This document shows positions 52,267-64,000 of a stretch of DNA of 64,000 bases, in pieces. A model generated the notes under the pieces. The model saw only the letters and a program-made list of their open reading frames with translations, did not search any database and was not told the DNA's origin. The first letter of the stretch is position 1; the number at the start of each line of letters is the position of its first letter. The position numbers and the translations under genes are program-made. The stretch comes from Squalus acanthias (lineage: Eukaryota), in the NCBI GenBank assembly GCA_030390025.1, contig CM059432.1, positions 135,038,001 through 135,102,000 on the forward strand, in the 5' to 3' direction.

Positions 52267-52595
52267 CATAGAATGTACGGCGCAGAAACAGGCCATTCGG
52301 CCCAACAGGCCCAGGCTGGTGTTTCTGCTCCACATGAGCCTCCTCCCAACCCTCTTCATCTAACCCTATCAGCATAACCTTCTATTCCTTGTTTATCTAG
52401 CTTCCCCTTAAATGCATCTATGCTATTCAGCTCAACTACTCCCTGTGGTAGCGAGTTCCACATTCTCACCACTCTCTGAGTAAAGAGGTTTCTCCTGAAT
52501 TCCCGATTGGATTTATTGGTGACTATCTTATATTATATCTTATATTTGTGGGGGAGTTGTGTTCTCCCCCACAAGTGGAAACATCTTCTCTGCAC
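52267..52595 (-). mobile_element. CR1 3' end
   Basis: Same family as 2961-3600. Confidence 0.85.
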
Positions 52596-53167
52596 CTATC
52601 GAATGTCCCAGAAGATTAATAAACCATTTCAAATAATGTCCAACCATGTCTGTGTATTGCAGAACAACACTGCAAGTTAGAAGAAATCCAGTTTTACAGT
52701 GGTGATTACAAAAATTACATGTTAATGTAGACACACATTTCAGCATAAAATGTAGCTTGGATTACAGTAACTCAGATGTAATATAATTAGCTAATGCTTA
52801 ATGCCTTTATATAAGTTTACTGAATAGATTCAATCAACCAGTTTTAAACCAAGAAAACTGCAGCTCATCACCAAATGAATAAATATCCACTTGGTCAACT
52901 AAAATTAATTCTCCATAGGTAACGAGCATAACTGGCTCCACGATGTTACCATGCACGGCACAAATGCGAAACAATGGAGTTCCTCTGATGGTGAAGCACG
53001 GTAATTTACAAACTGAAGATCACACGGCAAAGGATTACACACCTGAGTAAATTATTTAAATTACGAAAAGTGAACTGATATGGCAGCCGCAATCAGAAAG
53101 TAATAAAGAAGGAAGAGTGTGGAAGTCATTGCAGTAAAGCTCATTTAGGAAAACAATTGGTGATAAT

Positions 53168-53911
53168 GGCCCAGAAATTAAAGACTGAGTGTTGATGTGG
53201 GGGTAAGGCTTCCCCGCGATATCTCACTCCGCGCCTACCTTTTTCCTCCGGGCCCACACGAACTTTAATTTCAAGGCTGCAGCTGTGCAGTGCTTGCGTG
53301 ACCCAGAGACGCAGTTAATTCGTGCGAGCTCTGGGATTACGTGATTCAGTTAGAGCCAATGGCAGCACACCATCTTTCATTCATAGTTTTGACAGGAAGA
53401 CCTGTCAAAGCTATGAATACTATACCCCCCCAAAAGAACAGCTAAACCTCAATTAAATTTTTTTGAAAAGCCATCACATTAATAAAATAAGTATAGTTAA
53501 ATAAATTAACCACTTTAAACAAAAAATTAAATTTTTGAAGAAATTTAAAATCTTTTTAAAAGTTATAAAAATAAACTTACCTTTCTTTAAAGTCTCTAAA
53601 AAAGATAAACCTGTTGAAAATTTTTTAAAATAATACTTAATTAACTACTTACCTTGTTAAAAGAAGGTCTTACGCCTCCTTTCTTTATGTGTAAAATCTT
53701 CCATGCTTACCTGCGTGTTCAAAGCACGAAGTGCACTGCGTGCGCGCAGCCTGTAGCGCGCACGCAGTTCACCTAGGAACCGCCCCTTTTGAATTCACGA
53801 AGTGCCGGTTTCCCGCGCATGCGCAGTGCATGCTGGAAACCGGCAATTGGAGACCTAAAACGCGAGAGTACACAGTGCGTACTCTCGCGTATTAGATCTA
53901 ATTTTCGGGCC
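53168..53911. mobile_element. MITE with AT-rich core and subterminal palindromes
   Basis: TIRs ggcccagaaatta / taattttcgggcc and TSD aat. Confidence 0.78.
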
Positions 53912-54132
53912 AATATTTAGGTCAGGAACCTACAAGGGGCGGTGGGGGGATTTGGAAGGATCAAAAAATTATTTTTGAGGACACCATGGGAGGTAAGACC
54001 AAGGCAGAAATTTGCCACAGCACAGGAAGAGGTAGAAATAAACTATCCCAAGAAAGCAATGATGCAAGGTAGTGGCTATAGAAGCTCCTGAGGAGGGAAT
54101 CTGATTCGAGAAGCTTTGGGAGGCAAATACCT

Positions 54133-54596
54133 GGTCCACAAAATTCAGCTCCTTTGCGCCTGCTGTTAGTGCCTCCGGGGGAGCGCAAGGGTTTATCGCC
54201 CGGTGGAGGCGCTAATACGCCTCCCCTTAGCGCCCTGCCACGACCCCTTACCGCCTCGCGGCAGAAATTCGGCTGCGCCCCGCGAGGCTGACACGGGCGG
54301 TGTCAGCGCCAGCCTCGCGGGTCGTGAACCGGGCCGACCTCCGCTCACAGGGCGGTAATTAAAGGGAGGTGCGGCCGCGACCCGCGTCGCCATTTTATTT
54401 TTTTTGGTCGGCCCTTGCCGTGGACCGTGGCCGCCTGGTGGGCTAGTGTTGGCCATCGGAGGCCCTGCAGAGTTCGCAGCGTCCCTCCCCTTTAACGGAA
54501 GGGGAGGGGTGCTGAAATGCGTCAGCGCTAAGCAGAGCGGCCGTGTAGCACTCCGGCGCTATCACCCCCAAACGGAGCGTAACCGAATTTCACCCC
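54133..54596. mobile_element. CpG-rich MITE
   Basis: Ends ..aaattcagctcc / ggagcgtaaccgaatttcacccc; probable TSD cct. Confidence 0.55.
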
Positions 54597-55082
54597 CCTG
54601 GTCTTTGCACCTGCAGCTGGGACTAAAAATAGTTTCATGTTAAAGAGAGGCTAGCAGCATTAGGACCAGTCATGTAGATATCAGTATGTAGTATATTACT
54701 GTAGAGATTTAGGGGTCCAGATTTGCCAATGTTTTCACACATGTTCTGAGGTACTTGCAGGGAAAATATGGAGGGATAGTTATTGAAGTTAGTGACACAA
54801 TGGCTGCGATTTCGCCCGCCTGGGTGGCTCCAAGGCGGGAGAGGTCGGCGGCGGGGGGGTAACCCCGCTGTTGCGTGGATCCCGTCGATAAATCGAATCT
54901 TGCCCTAATGGGCCTTGTTAGGCCCGCCTTGCGCGTTTCCCGGCCCTATTAAAGGGTGCAGGTCTGGTGACGTCACCGGATGACGCGATTATTGCCGGTT
55001 TAGTTAAAGGGGCCATGGCCCCAGTTACTGTCAGTTGCAAATTGATGGCATTCAGTGCTGTCAGTGTTTGAGTCTCTGCACT

Positions 55083-56957
55083 ATGAGCTTGCAGCGCCAA
55101 CGATCAGCACCTCACTTCACAGCTGAGTCCCTCCATTATCTTGTACGTAGGGAGGTTCTCTTCCCTGCGGACGGCAGGAAGAGGCCTCCCCAGACAAAGG
55201 CAGCGAGGCTGCAGATATCGCAGGAGGTTACGGGCTGTCAGTGGTGGTTCGCACCTGGGTGCAGTGCCGCAAGAGGTTCAATGATCTTGTAAGATCAGGA
55301 AAAGTGAGCATTAAGCCACAATTACCTTGATGCTGCTGTGCGTCTCATCACATTCGCACCACTCTACATTGCCACCCCTACTCCTGCACAACGCTACACA
55401 GCCCAACATCCCTTGTACCTTCATCCATCCCTCTAACTCTATCTACATTATCAGGTCGCCATCTTACTGTGCAGCCCTCACACTGAGCCTCATCATTATG
55501 CAATGACAGCAACTAACAACACAAAAGGAGGCAACTTGGTATTGACAACCCACTCCATCAAATTATCAGTGTAAAGCTCGATGCCATTCCATTCCTTACA
55601 CTCACACCATCACTCTCACTGAACCTTCTCTTCTTTCCCTGCTTGCAGGAAAAGATAGCGCACAATAAGAGGGAGAGGGAGAGAATGGGAGGAGGGCCTC
55701 CAAAAACCATATCTTATCTGACGAGTGCAGAGGAGGCAGCACTGGAGATTGCTGGAGTGGTGGACGTTCCACAAGTGGGGGACGGAGAGAGGGGCTCAGT
55801 AGAAGAAGCTGGTGACAGAATGAATTTCCATACAATTCCATGCCTTTCATCATTGCCTCTTATGTGGTGTGATGTCAAGACAAGATGAATGCTCATCATG
55901 TGGATAATGGTATGTGTCTGCAGTAGACATCCTGTATATCTAACTGATGTCTTCACTCTCCCACAGGTCCATCAAGAGCCCCCCCCCCCCCCCCAATGTC
56001 CAGGAACAACAGCAAGAAGACTCTCAGAGGAGCCTCCTGCCTCTGAGGGCGCAGCGTCACCTCAGGCAACGCAAACCAGTACCAGCACAGAGTCGCACAC
56101 CTCAGTGGGTATGTCGCGAGATAGAGTAGTGTTGTCACCTGGTGTCTCACAGATCACAACTGAGCAGCAGCAGATGGTGGAGTCTTTGACAGCAGTGGAG
56201 ACTCCTCGTCGGAGGGCGCAGGATTCTCCTAGCTCTGCTCAGCTGCATGCAGACACTGAGCCTCGGGGGCCATCCAGGAAGAGGGCGATCCTGGAGCTGC
56301 AGGAACAAGTGCAGGGGGCTCGGATTGGTTTTGCGACCGCGGTGACTGCGAGTGTGCAGAGAATGGAGGAGTCCGTCTCCAGCATGAGCAACACTGTGGC
56401 GCACTCACTGGCAACTATAGCTTCCTCCATGGATAGGATGGCCACCTGCATGGAAAAGACACGGCGCCAGTCGCATGAGAACATGGTTTCTCTTCAAAAC
56501 AGATGCTCATCTATTGAGGAGTGATGGGAAAAATGGAGGAGAGATGGGAAAAATGGAGGAGAGATGGGCATTTATGGAGGAGAGAAACCAGACTTATAGA
56601 CCTCTCTAGCTACTTGCTAGCAGGGAAGTGCGGGTGGCCCATGAGAGGGATGATGGTGGGAGGGGACATGGAAATGGGGGCTCCGCTCCAAGCGCTCTGA
56701 CCTCCACCCCCTTGCCAACCCCTCGGTCAGAGCCCCAGATGCCTCCCCGGACAGTGATGGCTGAGTCTGCGCATGCACAGTCGCAGGAGGAGCAGACTTT
56801 GGCGGAGCCATCAGTGGCTCCAAAACCCAGAGGACGACTGCCAAAGGCATCTAAGCAGGCACAGCAGGGAGATGAGGAGGCTGCCTCTACCTCTGCTGAA
56901 GCCGCAGGGGTAGCACGACGTAGAAGCACCCGGAAAAGAAAGATCCCACACAAATAG
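55083..56957 (+). pseudogene. Harbinger Myb/SANT-like DNA-binding protein, spliced and frameshifted
   Basis: MSLQRQRSAPHFT..RREVLFPADGRKRPP..RTWVQCRKRFNDL, gt-ag intron, EKIAHNKRERERMGGGPP, intron, then an exon ending RRRSTRKRKIPHK (NLS-like). Confidence 0.82.
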
Positions 56958-57219
56958 TCACAAGGGTAGTTACTCGACTGTGTCTTTCTTTTATCAATGT
57001 CATGTTAGTATTCTATGAAGTGCTGTTAATAAATCATCTAACTGTCACACTTGGAGGTCGTTGGCAAATTTGTGTGATGAAATGGAAGTGGCAGAGTGAA
57101 GGGTCAGGGCTCATTTCACACCCAGCAATGGTGGTAAGAGTCAAAACAAGGGGCGAATCATTGTTTGACTGCTGCATGGTGTTGTTGTTGGGTGATGCAA
57201 ATCTGCGTACGCGGGTGGC

Positions 57220-58500
57220 AGCCACATGTATGAGCTGCATGAAGTTATTGAAATCTGCCATTGATAAGGGTATCCCTGGCGTGATGGGCAGCAACGTGCT
57301 CGTGTACTGGTCGCAATGGGACCGTCGGCTCTTCCAGGTGTTCCTCATTCTCGTAGTCAAGCTCATGGTGAGCCTCCTTGTCCTCCTCCTCCTCCTCCTC
57401 TGATGAGGTTGTGCGCTCAGCGGTGTCTTCCTCATCCAGTACTAATCCTTGCTGCTACGCTATGTTGTGCAGGGCGCCGCAGACCATGACTATTCGCGAG
57501 ACCCTAGCTGGCGCGTACTGAAGGGCTCCTCTGGATCTGTCGAGGCATCTGAAGCGCATTTTGAGCAAGCCTATTGTCTGCTCGATGACACTTCTCGTGG
57601 AGATGTGGCTTTGATTATAACATCCCTCAGGCTCATTTGTTGGCCTCCTCTAAGGTGGCATGAGCCACATCTTCAGGGGATAGCCCTTGTCTCCAAGCAG
57701 CCAGCCGCCAAGACTGTGCGAAGAGCTGAGAGACGGTGGACTGGCGCAGGATGTACGAGTCATGGCAGCTGCCAGGGAACTTGGCGCACACATGGATGAT
57801 AATCTTCCGATGGTTGCAGATCAGCTGAACGTTGAGGGAGTGGAAGCCCTTGCGGTTCACAAATGCTACTGGGTTGTGATGGGGTGCCCTGATGGCCACA
57901 TGTGTGCAGTCGATGAATCCCTGCACCCGTGGGAAGCCAGCTAGAACGGCAAAGCCAAGTACACATTCATTGACAGCGGTTTTATCAGTGGCAAAATGAA
58001 TATAAATTGCGGTCTTGTTAAAGAGGGCATCGGTTACCTGTGTGATGCATCTGTGGGTGGCCGACTGCGAAATGCCGCAAAGGTCTGCTGCAGATGCCTG
58101 GAAGGAGCCTGAGGTGAAGAAGTTGAGGGCAAGGGTGAGTTTGACAGCCACTGGTAAGGAGTGTCCACCCCTTCCTCTGGGCTGCAGGTCTTGCTCCAGC
58201 AAAGCGCAAATGTCGGCGACGACCTGGCGCAATAGCCTGAGCCTCCTTTGGCACTCCTGCTCCGTCATGTTGAGGAAGCTCATCCTCTGCCCGTATACCC
58301 TGTTTTGGGGGTATGGCCTCCAGTGTGGTGCAGCCTGCGCTGATGCCCTCTGCCCTGTGCAGCATCAGGTGGTTGAGGAGAAGGTTGGCGCTCTTGTTGT
58401 TGCTGCTGCTGCTGGTGTGGCTGGTTCTGCTGCTGCTGCGGCTGATCGTCATCAGATTCGGAGGACCAAGGTGACAGAGCATAAATCGTGCCCAGTCTGA
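57220..58500 (-). pseudogene. Harbinger (HARBI1-like) DDE transposase, disrupted
   Basis: [32 protein letters not shown], then a frameshift to [31 protein letters not shown]. In-frame stop near 57455. Confidence 0.92.
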
Positions 58501-59149
58501 TGATTCATATGGCAGCTGAAGTTCAGATGACAGAACCAATCTATCAAGGGTTAGATATGATATTGCAAGGAGGTGACAGTGAATAGAGAGTTTACTGCAA
58601 ACACTTCCCAAGTGCATAAAGCTTAAAAATCTGTTCCAAATACTCAAGCCTGAAGCTTCTGAGATTGGAAACTGACCAGCTGTAAAATGATAGGTTTTAA
58701 ACCACTTTTGCAGCTTTCACCTATTGAAAGAAACGGAGAGTTGTTCAGAACCCGACATACTTACCCTGGCGTGATCCCGAGCGATGGGAACCTCGTGGAA
58801 AACTTGGGAAAATACTTCGTGCCTGCTAAAATGGGGAGTAAATTTGTTTAAACACCCTCTCAACCAGCACAATTGAATGACCCACTTAGTTCCATGTCTG
58901 CAAAGCGCAGGCAGAACCGGCACTAGGGAAACTCACAAGGAGGCGGGTTTAGAGCGGGATACCGCCCTGCCCCCTCGGTCAATCATTTGGATTTCGACAG
59001 CGGGCCTGCCTCTGAACCCGTCCTCTCAGCGCCGGCAAAATTCAGTCCTGGGTGTCAGGAATGCCATTGAATTCCTGGCAACCAGCTTTCCCAAGGAGGC
59101 GGGGGGGGGGGGGTATTTTAAAATTAAAATGATACCTTGAAGTAATAGG

Positions 59150-59250
59150 CTGCCTGGGCCCTCAGTGCTGGAATTCCCTCCCTAAACCTCTCCAACTCTC
59201 TCTCCTCCTTTAAGACATTCCTTAAAACCTACCTCTTTGACCAAAAAGCT
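59150..59250 (+). mobile_element. L2 3' fragment
   Basis: tggaattccctccctaaacctctcc..aaaacctacctctttgacc. Confidence 0.7.
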
Positions 59251-59767
59251 TTTGATGTCTTACTGTAAAAGAGCTGATTTATTTTACTTGGCTTCTAAAA
59301 TTAAAAATAATGGTATTACTGAAAGAGTGCTGTTGTCCACACTCTTATTAATGAAAAGTAAAGAAAATTGTCTCACAATATTACTGCATAGGAAATTGTA
59401 AGGTTTAACCTCTGATTGGTGAAGTTTACGTTCGAATGATGAAAGCGTGTGGACTACATTCCTTTAAAGTACACAAGTTAACACCTGTGTAAAATTGGCC
59501 CACACAGGGATGTAGCTTGAGTGCATTTATCATTTGCACATGAACTTTGCCAATCAGAAAGTTTACCCTTGTGCCTGATCAAGGACTATGATGGCATTCA
59601 GTATTCGAATCCACATTTACAAAAGTAAGCAGAAATCATTTATGCTGGAGCATTAACTGACACAGTGGGTTGTCCTTCTACCTGTGGGACGGACGATTTG
59701 AATACACGCTAGATTGTATTGAGCTGGCAGAGAGGGAGATATTTGGTCCAAGGATCCTACCTCATCT

Positions 59768-60390
59768 TTTTTTTTTATTCGCTTATGGGATGTGGGCGTC
59801 GCTGGCAAGGCCAGCATTTATTGCCCATCCCTAGTTGCCCTTGAGAAGGTGGTGGTGAGCCGCCTTCTTGAACCGCTGCAGTCCATGTGGTGAAGGTACT
59901 CCCACAGTGCTGTTAGGGAGGGAGTTCCAGGACTTTGACCCAGCGACGATGAAGGATCGGCCGATATACTTCTAAGTCAGGATGGTGTGTGACTTGGAGG
60001 GGAACTTGGAGGTGGTGGTGTTCCCATGCGCCTGCTGCCCTTGTCCTTCTAGGTGGAAGAGGTCGCGGGTTTGGGAGGTGCTGCCAAAGAAGCCTTGGCG
60101 AGTTGCTGCAGTGCATCTTGTAGAGGGTACACACTGCAGGCACGGTGCGCCGGTGGTGGAGGGAGTGAATGTTTAAGGTGGTGGATGGGGTGCCAATCAA
60201 GCGGGCTGCTTTGTCCTGGATGGTGTCGAGCTTCTTGAGTGTTGTTGCAGCTGCACTCATCCAGGCAAGTGAAGAGTATTCCATCACACTCCTTACTTGT
60301 GCCTTGTAGATGGTGGAAAGGCTTTGGGGAGTCAGGAGGTGAGGCACTCGCCACAGAATACCCAGCCTCTGACCTGTTCTTGTTGCCACT
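59768..60390 (-). mobile_element. Non-LTR retrotransposon 3' end with RT C-terminus and poly(A); clade not determined
   Basis: IYKAQVRSVMEYS..LDTIQDKAARLI..SLHHRR peptide; aataaaaaaaaaaa tail on the minus strand. Confidence 0.85.
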
Positions 60391-61673
60391 GCTCTCGGTG
60401 TTCTAATCCCAATTCTTAATGGCTGCAAGTCTAGAGGACTAAACCATGCACAATGCTGCACTACTTGCATTGCATTGACTAATCTCACTCTTAGAGGGCA
60501 GGTGCGGAATGTGGAAATGTCGCACTGCTACAAGGACTAGCTGGAGCAGAGTACAGGGAGCTCGATTCCGTGTCTACACATTTTCTTATCCATCAGGGGT
60601 AAATTTTAATGGATGGGCAGCACGCGTCCCGATATTTGAAACTCGAGAGATGAAACTTTACTTTGTCTTCTTTTCCTCTGCAACTTTCTCCCAGAAGTGG
60701 AAAGACGTTCTTTTTGTCAAGCATTGACCTCTCCCACCATGGCCAACACAAAGGCTCTCCAACGGAAAGCAAACACGTATTGTGGCTTTTAAACTCGCGC
60801 ACACCAACGGGCTTTAATAACTTACTTAGTAGAATGACCGCATAAACAAGGCTAACATTAATTACAGCTTACATAAGGTCTCAAATTGGAGGAACAGTGC
60901 ACCATATGCAAGCTTGTTTAACCAAACCTCATTGGCAGCAGTGTTGAAACTACAAAGAAAAGGTTTGCAGCTGGGAAATAACTGAACAGTAGCAACAGCA
61001 GCTATCATATAGTGAAGCCAGATGAGACCACATTGCATTTTTTCTTTGTAAATCTGAAATCATTTTTAATTATATATGCTTGTGTCCTTCTGCCGAGGTA
61101 CGTTTAAAAATGACTAGTAGTCAGCGTGGTCAACCCACCAGCATGTCTCGAAGTGTACGACTTTCTTTGGTTCAGATGGTTCATTAAATTGTGGGTCGCT
61201 GCAATTTCTTTGTGTTAAAAGGTTGTTCCCAAATAATTAGGGGATTTCTAACATTTTTTAAATCTGCATTTCACATCATTGGATAAATGCAACAATCTCA
61301 TGTTCCCAGTTGAGAGCCGTGTTTTAAAGAAGCAAGGCTAGTGAATTGGTACAATAGTGTTGTCGCCCTAACTCTGACCAGCATTCCCTTCGAGTGTGGC
61401 TCAAAAGCTGCTAATACGGGATCGGTGAATTTACTCTGACCTGAACACAATGAGCGAATAACACGGTCCAGGCACAGCTGCGACAGGACCGTTCCTTTTC
61501 AGGTGCGGCACGTGTCTGGCTTGAACTGAGCTGGCCTTGTGCGATAATGCAAGATCAGCTCATTAAAATATTAGCCCAGCAATCCCTGCACGCCCAACAC
61601 GATGCGTTGGGAGTATGCGAGGGCCAGGCGCAGCGAACTGGGAGCAGCCAAAAGGGCTGCCATTCTCCCTCAA

Positions 61674-62000
61674 TGCGGAGATGCCGGTGTTGGACTGGGT
61701 TGGACAAAAATGAGAAGTCGCACAGCACCAGGTTATAGTCCAACAGTTTTATTTGAAATCACGAGCTTTCGGAGCGCTGCTCCTTCGTCAGGTAAAGCAC
61801 ATGGGATTGGGGGTAAGGTACTGACTTGGACAGAGAACTGGTTGGCAGACAGGAAGCAAAGAGTTGGAATAAACGGGTCTTTTTCCGAGTGGCAGGCAGT
61901 GACTAGTGGGGTACCTGACGAAGGAGCAGCGCTCCGAAAGCTCGTGATTTCAAATAAAACTGTTGGACTATAACCTGGTGTTGTGCGCCTTCTCATTTTT
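61674..62000. mobile_element. PLE-type family A fold-back insertion, copy 4, with a CR1 RT fragment as its loop
   Basis: Inverted arms and a 12-bp TSD attctccctcaa. Loop 61793-61915 encodes KAHGIGGKVLTWTENWLADRKQRVGINGSFSEWQAVTSGV. Confidence 0.92.
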
Positions 62001-62869
62001 ATTCTCCCTCAAAGCTTTGCTGCCATTGTAAAGGTGGGGCAAGGGCAGCAACACACCCCATACACACCTGCACCAGACACTGTTAGAGGAGATTAAAATT
62101 GGGATCATTGATATTTCACTGGTATGAGGGAGGCTCAGGAAGTTGATGAGAGATGCTGCTGTATTCACGGGTCATGACGTATGCCTGCGGGAAATGGAGG
62201 GAATGCTTTATTTGGCTCGGGTATTGGGCACCTGCAGCTCTGGTTGTCTCACAGATTTCACTGAAAGTGTTGTCGATTAGAGCCCATCTTACTGGTTGAA
62301 CTCTTGCTGGTGGCCTGATCAAACATAAGGGTTGGCAAGCCCAATGTGGAGGCACAAAAGAGAAACTATGGCCAGGTGCAGCACTACAATGGGACTGTTT
62401 AATTGGCCGCAATGTTCCTCATAATGCCAATACTGGTAAGCCATAACCCTTAAGAACAGTAGCATAAACGGCGCTCAAAGTACCTTTAACGCCTAGCCTG
62501 CAACATTCTGTCAAGCACAAATTAGGTATTAAAATTTACTAACGCTGCAAAATTTGCCACAATATGTTTTAGTAATTTGTCACAGGACAGGTTTAAGTTT
62601 CTGGTTTACGAGCGAATGTGTAAATTTGTAAAGCTGCCTTTGTAACTTTACCAGTGTGCTTTAGTTCATAATTAATAGCCAACTTGTCAAATGCAACAGT
62701 GTCCTGAAACAGTTATTAATCGGTAACGTTGCAAAGTTATCATTTATCTACTTTACAAAAATAAGTACAAACGACTGCATTTGGCTCTGCATGTGTTTGT
62801 CATCTACCAGCTTAACTCCCCCCCCCCCCCACCCCCGCAACAAAGAGAAGTAGCAATTCTGCATACTGC

Positions 62870-63580
62870 AGTTACAGCTCTACAAAGCCCTGGTTAGACC
62901 ACACCTGGAGTACTGTGAGCAGTTCTGGGCACCACACCGTAGGAGGGATATATTGGCCTCGGAGGGAGTGCAGCGTAGGTTTACCAGAATGATACCCAGA
63001 CTCCAAGATAATGTTCCCTTTATGGTGTGCGGCCACGCGGCACTCTGCAGCTCCCGTGCAGCCGGATTACCGGCTTTTAAATGGGAAATATTTTGAATGG
63101 GCCACGCAGCCTCTTAAAGGGGCCGCACACCCAAAAAAAAAGGGAACATTGCTCCAAGGGTAAAATTACGAGGAGAAATCACACAAACTACGGTTGTATT
63201 CCCTGGAATTTAGATGGTTAAGGGGTGATTTGATCAAAGTTTTCAAGATATTAAGGGGAACTGATCGAGAGAAACTATTTCCGCTGTTTGGGGATTCTTG
63301 GACTAGGATACATAGCCTAAAATTTAAAGCCAGACCTTCCAGAAGTGAAGGTAGGAAACACTTCTACACACAAAGAGTGGTAGAAGTTTGGAACTCTTTC
63401 CTGCAAATGGCAATTGATGCTAGGTTAATTTTAAATCTCACTGATAGATTTTTGTTAACCAAAGGTATTAAGGGATATGGGGTAAAGACGGGTATATAGA
63501 GTTAGGTCACAGATCAGCCATGATCTCACTGAATGGCGGAACAGGCTCGAGGGGCTAAATGGCCGACTCCTGTTCCTATA
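62870..63580 (+). mobile_element. CR1 3' part interrupted by a MITE
   Basis: [37 protein letters not shown] peptides. Confidence 0.88.
63009..63151. mobile_element. hAT-type MITE
   Basis: TIRs aatgttccct / agggaacatt and an 8-bp TSD ctccaaga / ctccaagg (one mismatch). Confidence 0.8.
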
Positions 63581-64000
63581 CTATTGGATGGTAGTTGCAT
63601 TAGCAAGCTAGCCAGTGACGAGTTAGCCCCCTATCATGGTGCTATGATGTAACATCATCTTGCGACAGAATCCAACACCAGCCTCGCACAGACGTACATC
63701 TTTTCCTGAGGTAAAATTAACGCTTTTGGAACACAATACAACAGCTGGTGATGAAAACCACTTGGAAGCCATCAGCTTGAGAAACTTTATTTGGACAAAG
63801 TAAATCACTAGAATCACATAGGGAATGTGTGTACTCTTTATGAACCATCACACTGAATCAGCTAGTGAAAGAAATGATTACGTGTAGAATTAGCATACTT
63901 GGCATAAGCAAACCACAACGGACTAGAGCAGCTAAGATTAAAATTGAGGGATCAATAATATTGTATTGGCAGAAATATTCATAGACAAGGTATAGCCCTC

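Larger units (their letters stand above)
54802..59048. mobile_element. Decayed autonomous-type PIF/Harbinger transposon
   Basis: Convergent Myb/SANT and DDE transposase genes between imperfect TIRs ggctgcgattt / aaaattcagtcc. No clean TSD. Confidence 0.9.

Noticed and set aside
57633..58283. Domesticated host HARBI1 gene
   Set aside because: Frameshift and stop, paired with a Myb ORF inside TIRs; it is a transposon copy.

Overview
Repeat-dense vertebrate genomic DNA. The repeat families (SacSINE1/DeuSINE-like tRNA SINEs, CR1 and L2 LINEs, an HE1-like fragment) point to a cartilaginous fish, probably a shark; this is inferred from recognition, not from a search. No host protein-coding gene is confidently identifiable, and most listed ORFs are TE-derived or spurious. 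The window contains: (i) a 5'-truncated CR1 with an uninterrupted 508-codon RT reading frame nested in an older CR1; (ii) a decayed two-gene PIF/Harbinger transposon (Myb/SANT protein plus DDE transposase) with deletion derivatives and many GGGC..GCCC MITEs; (iii) two families of short Penelope-like (PLE) insertions that carry minimal hammerhead-ribozyme motifs, form asymmetric fold-back hairpins and have 11-14 bp target-site duplications (TSDs). One of these hairpins has captured a ~120-nt CR1 RT fragment as its loop. (iv) A ~475-bp inverted copy of the flank of one SINE sits inside the head of another SINE 27 kb away. Several small template-switch or fold-back structures are also present. 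Coordinates were read by eye and may be off by a few bases.
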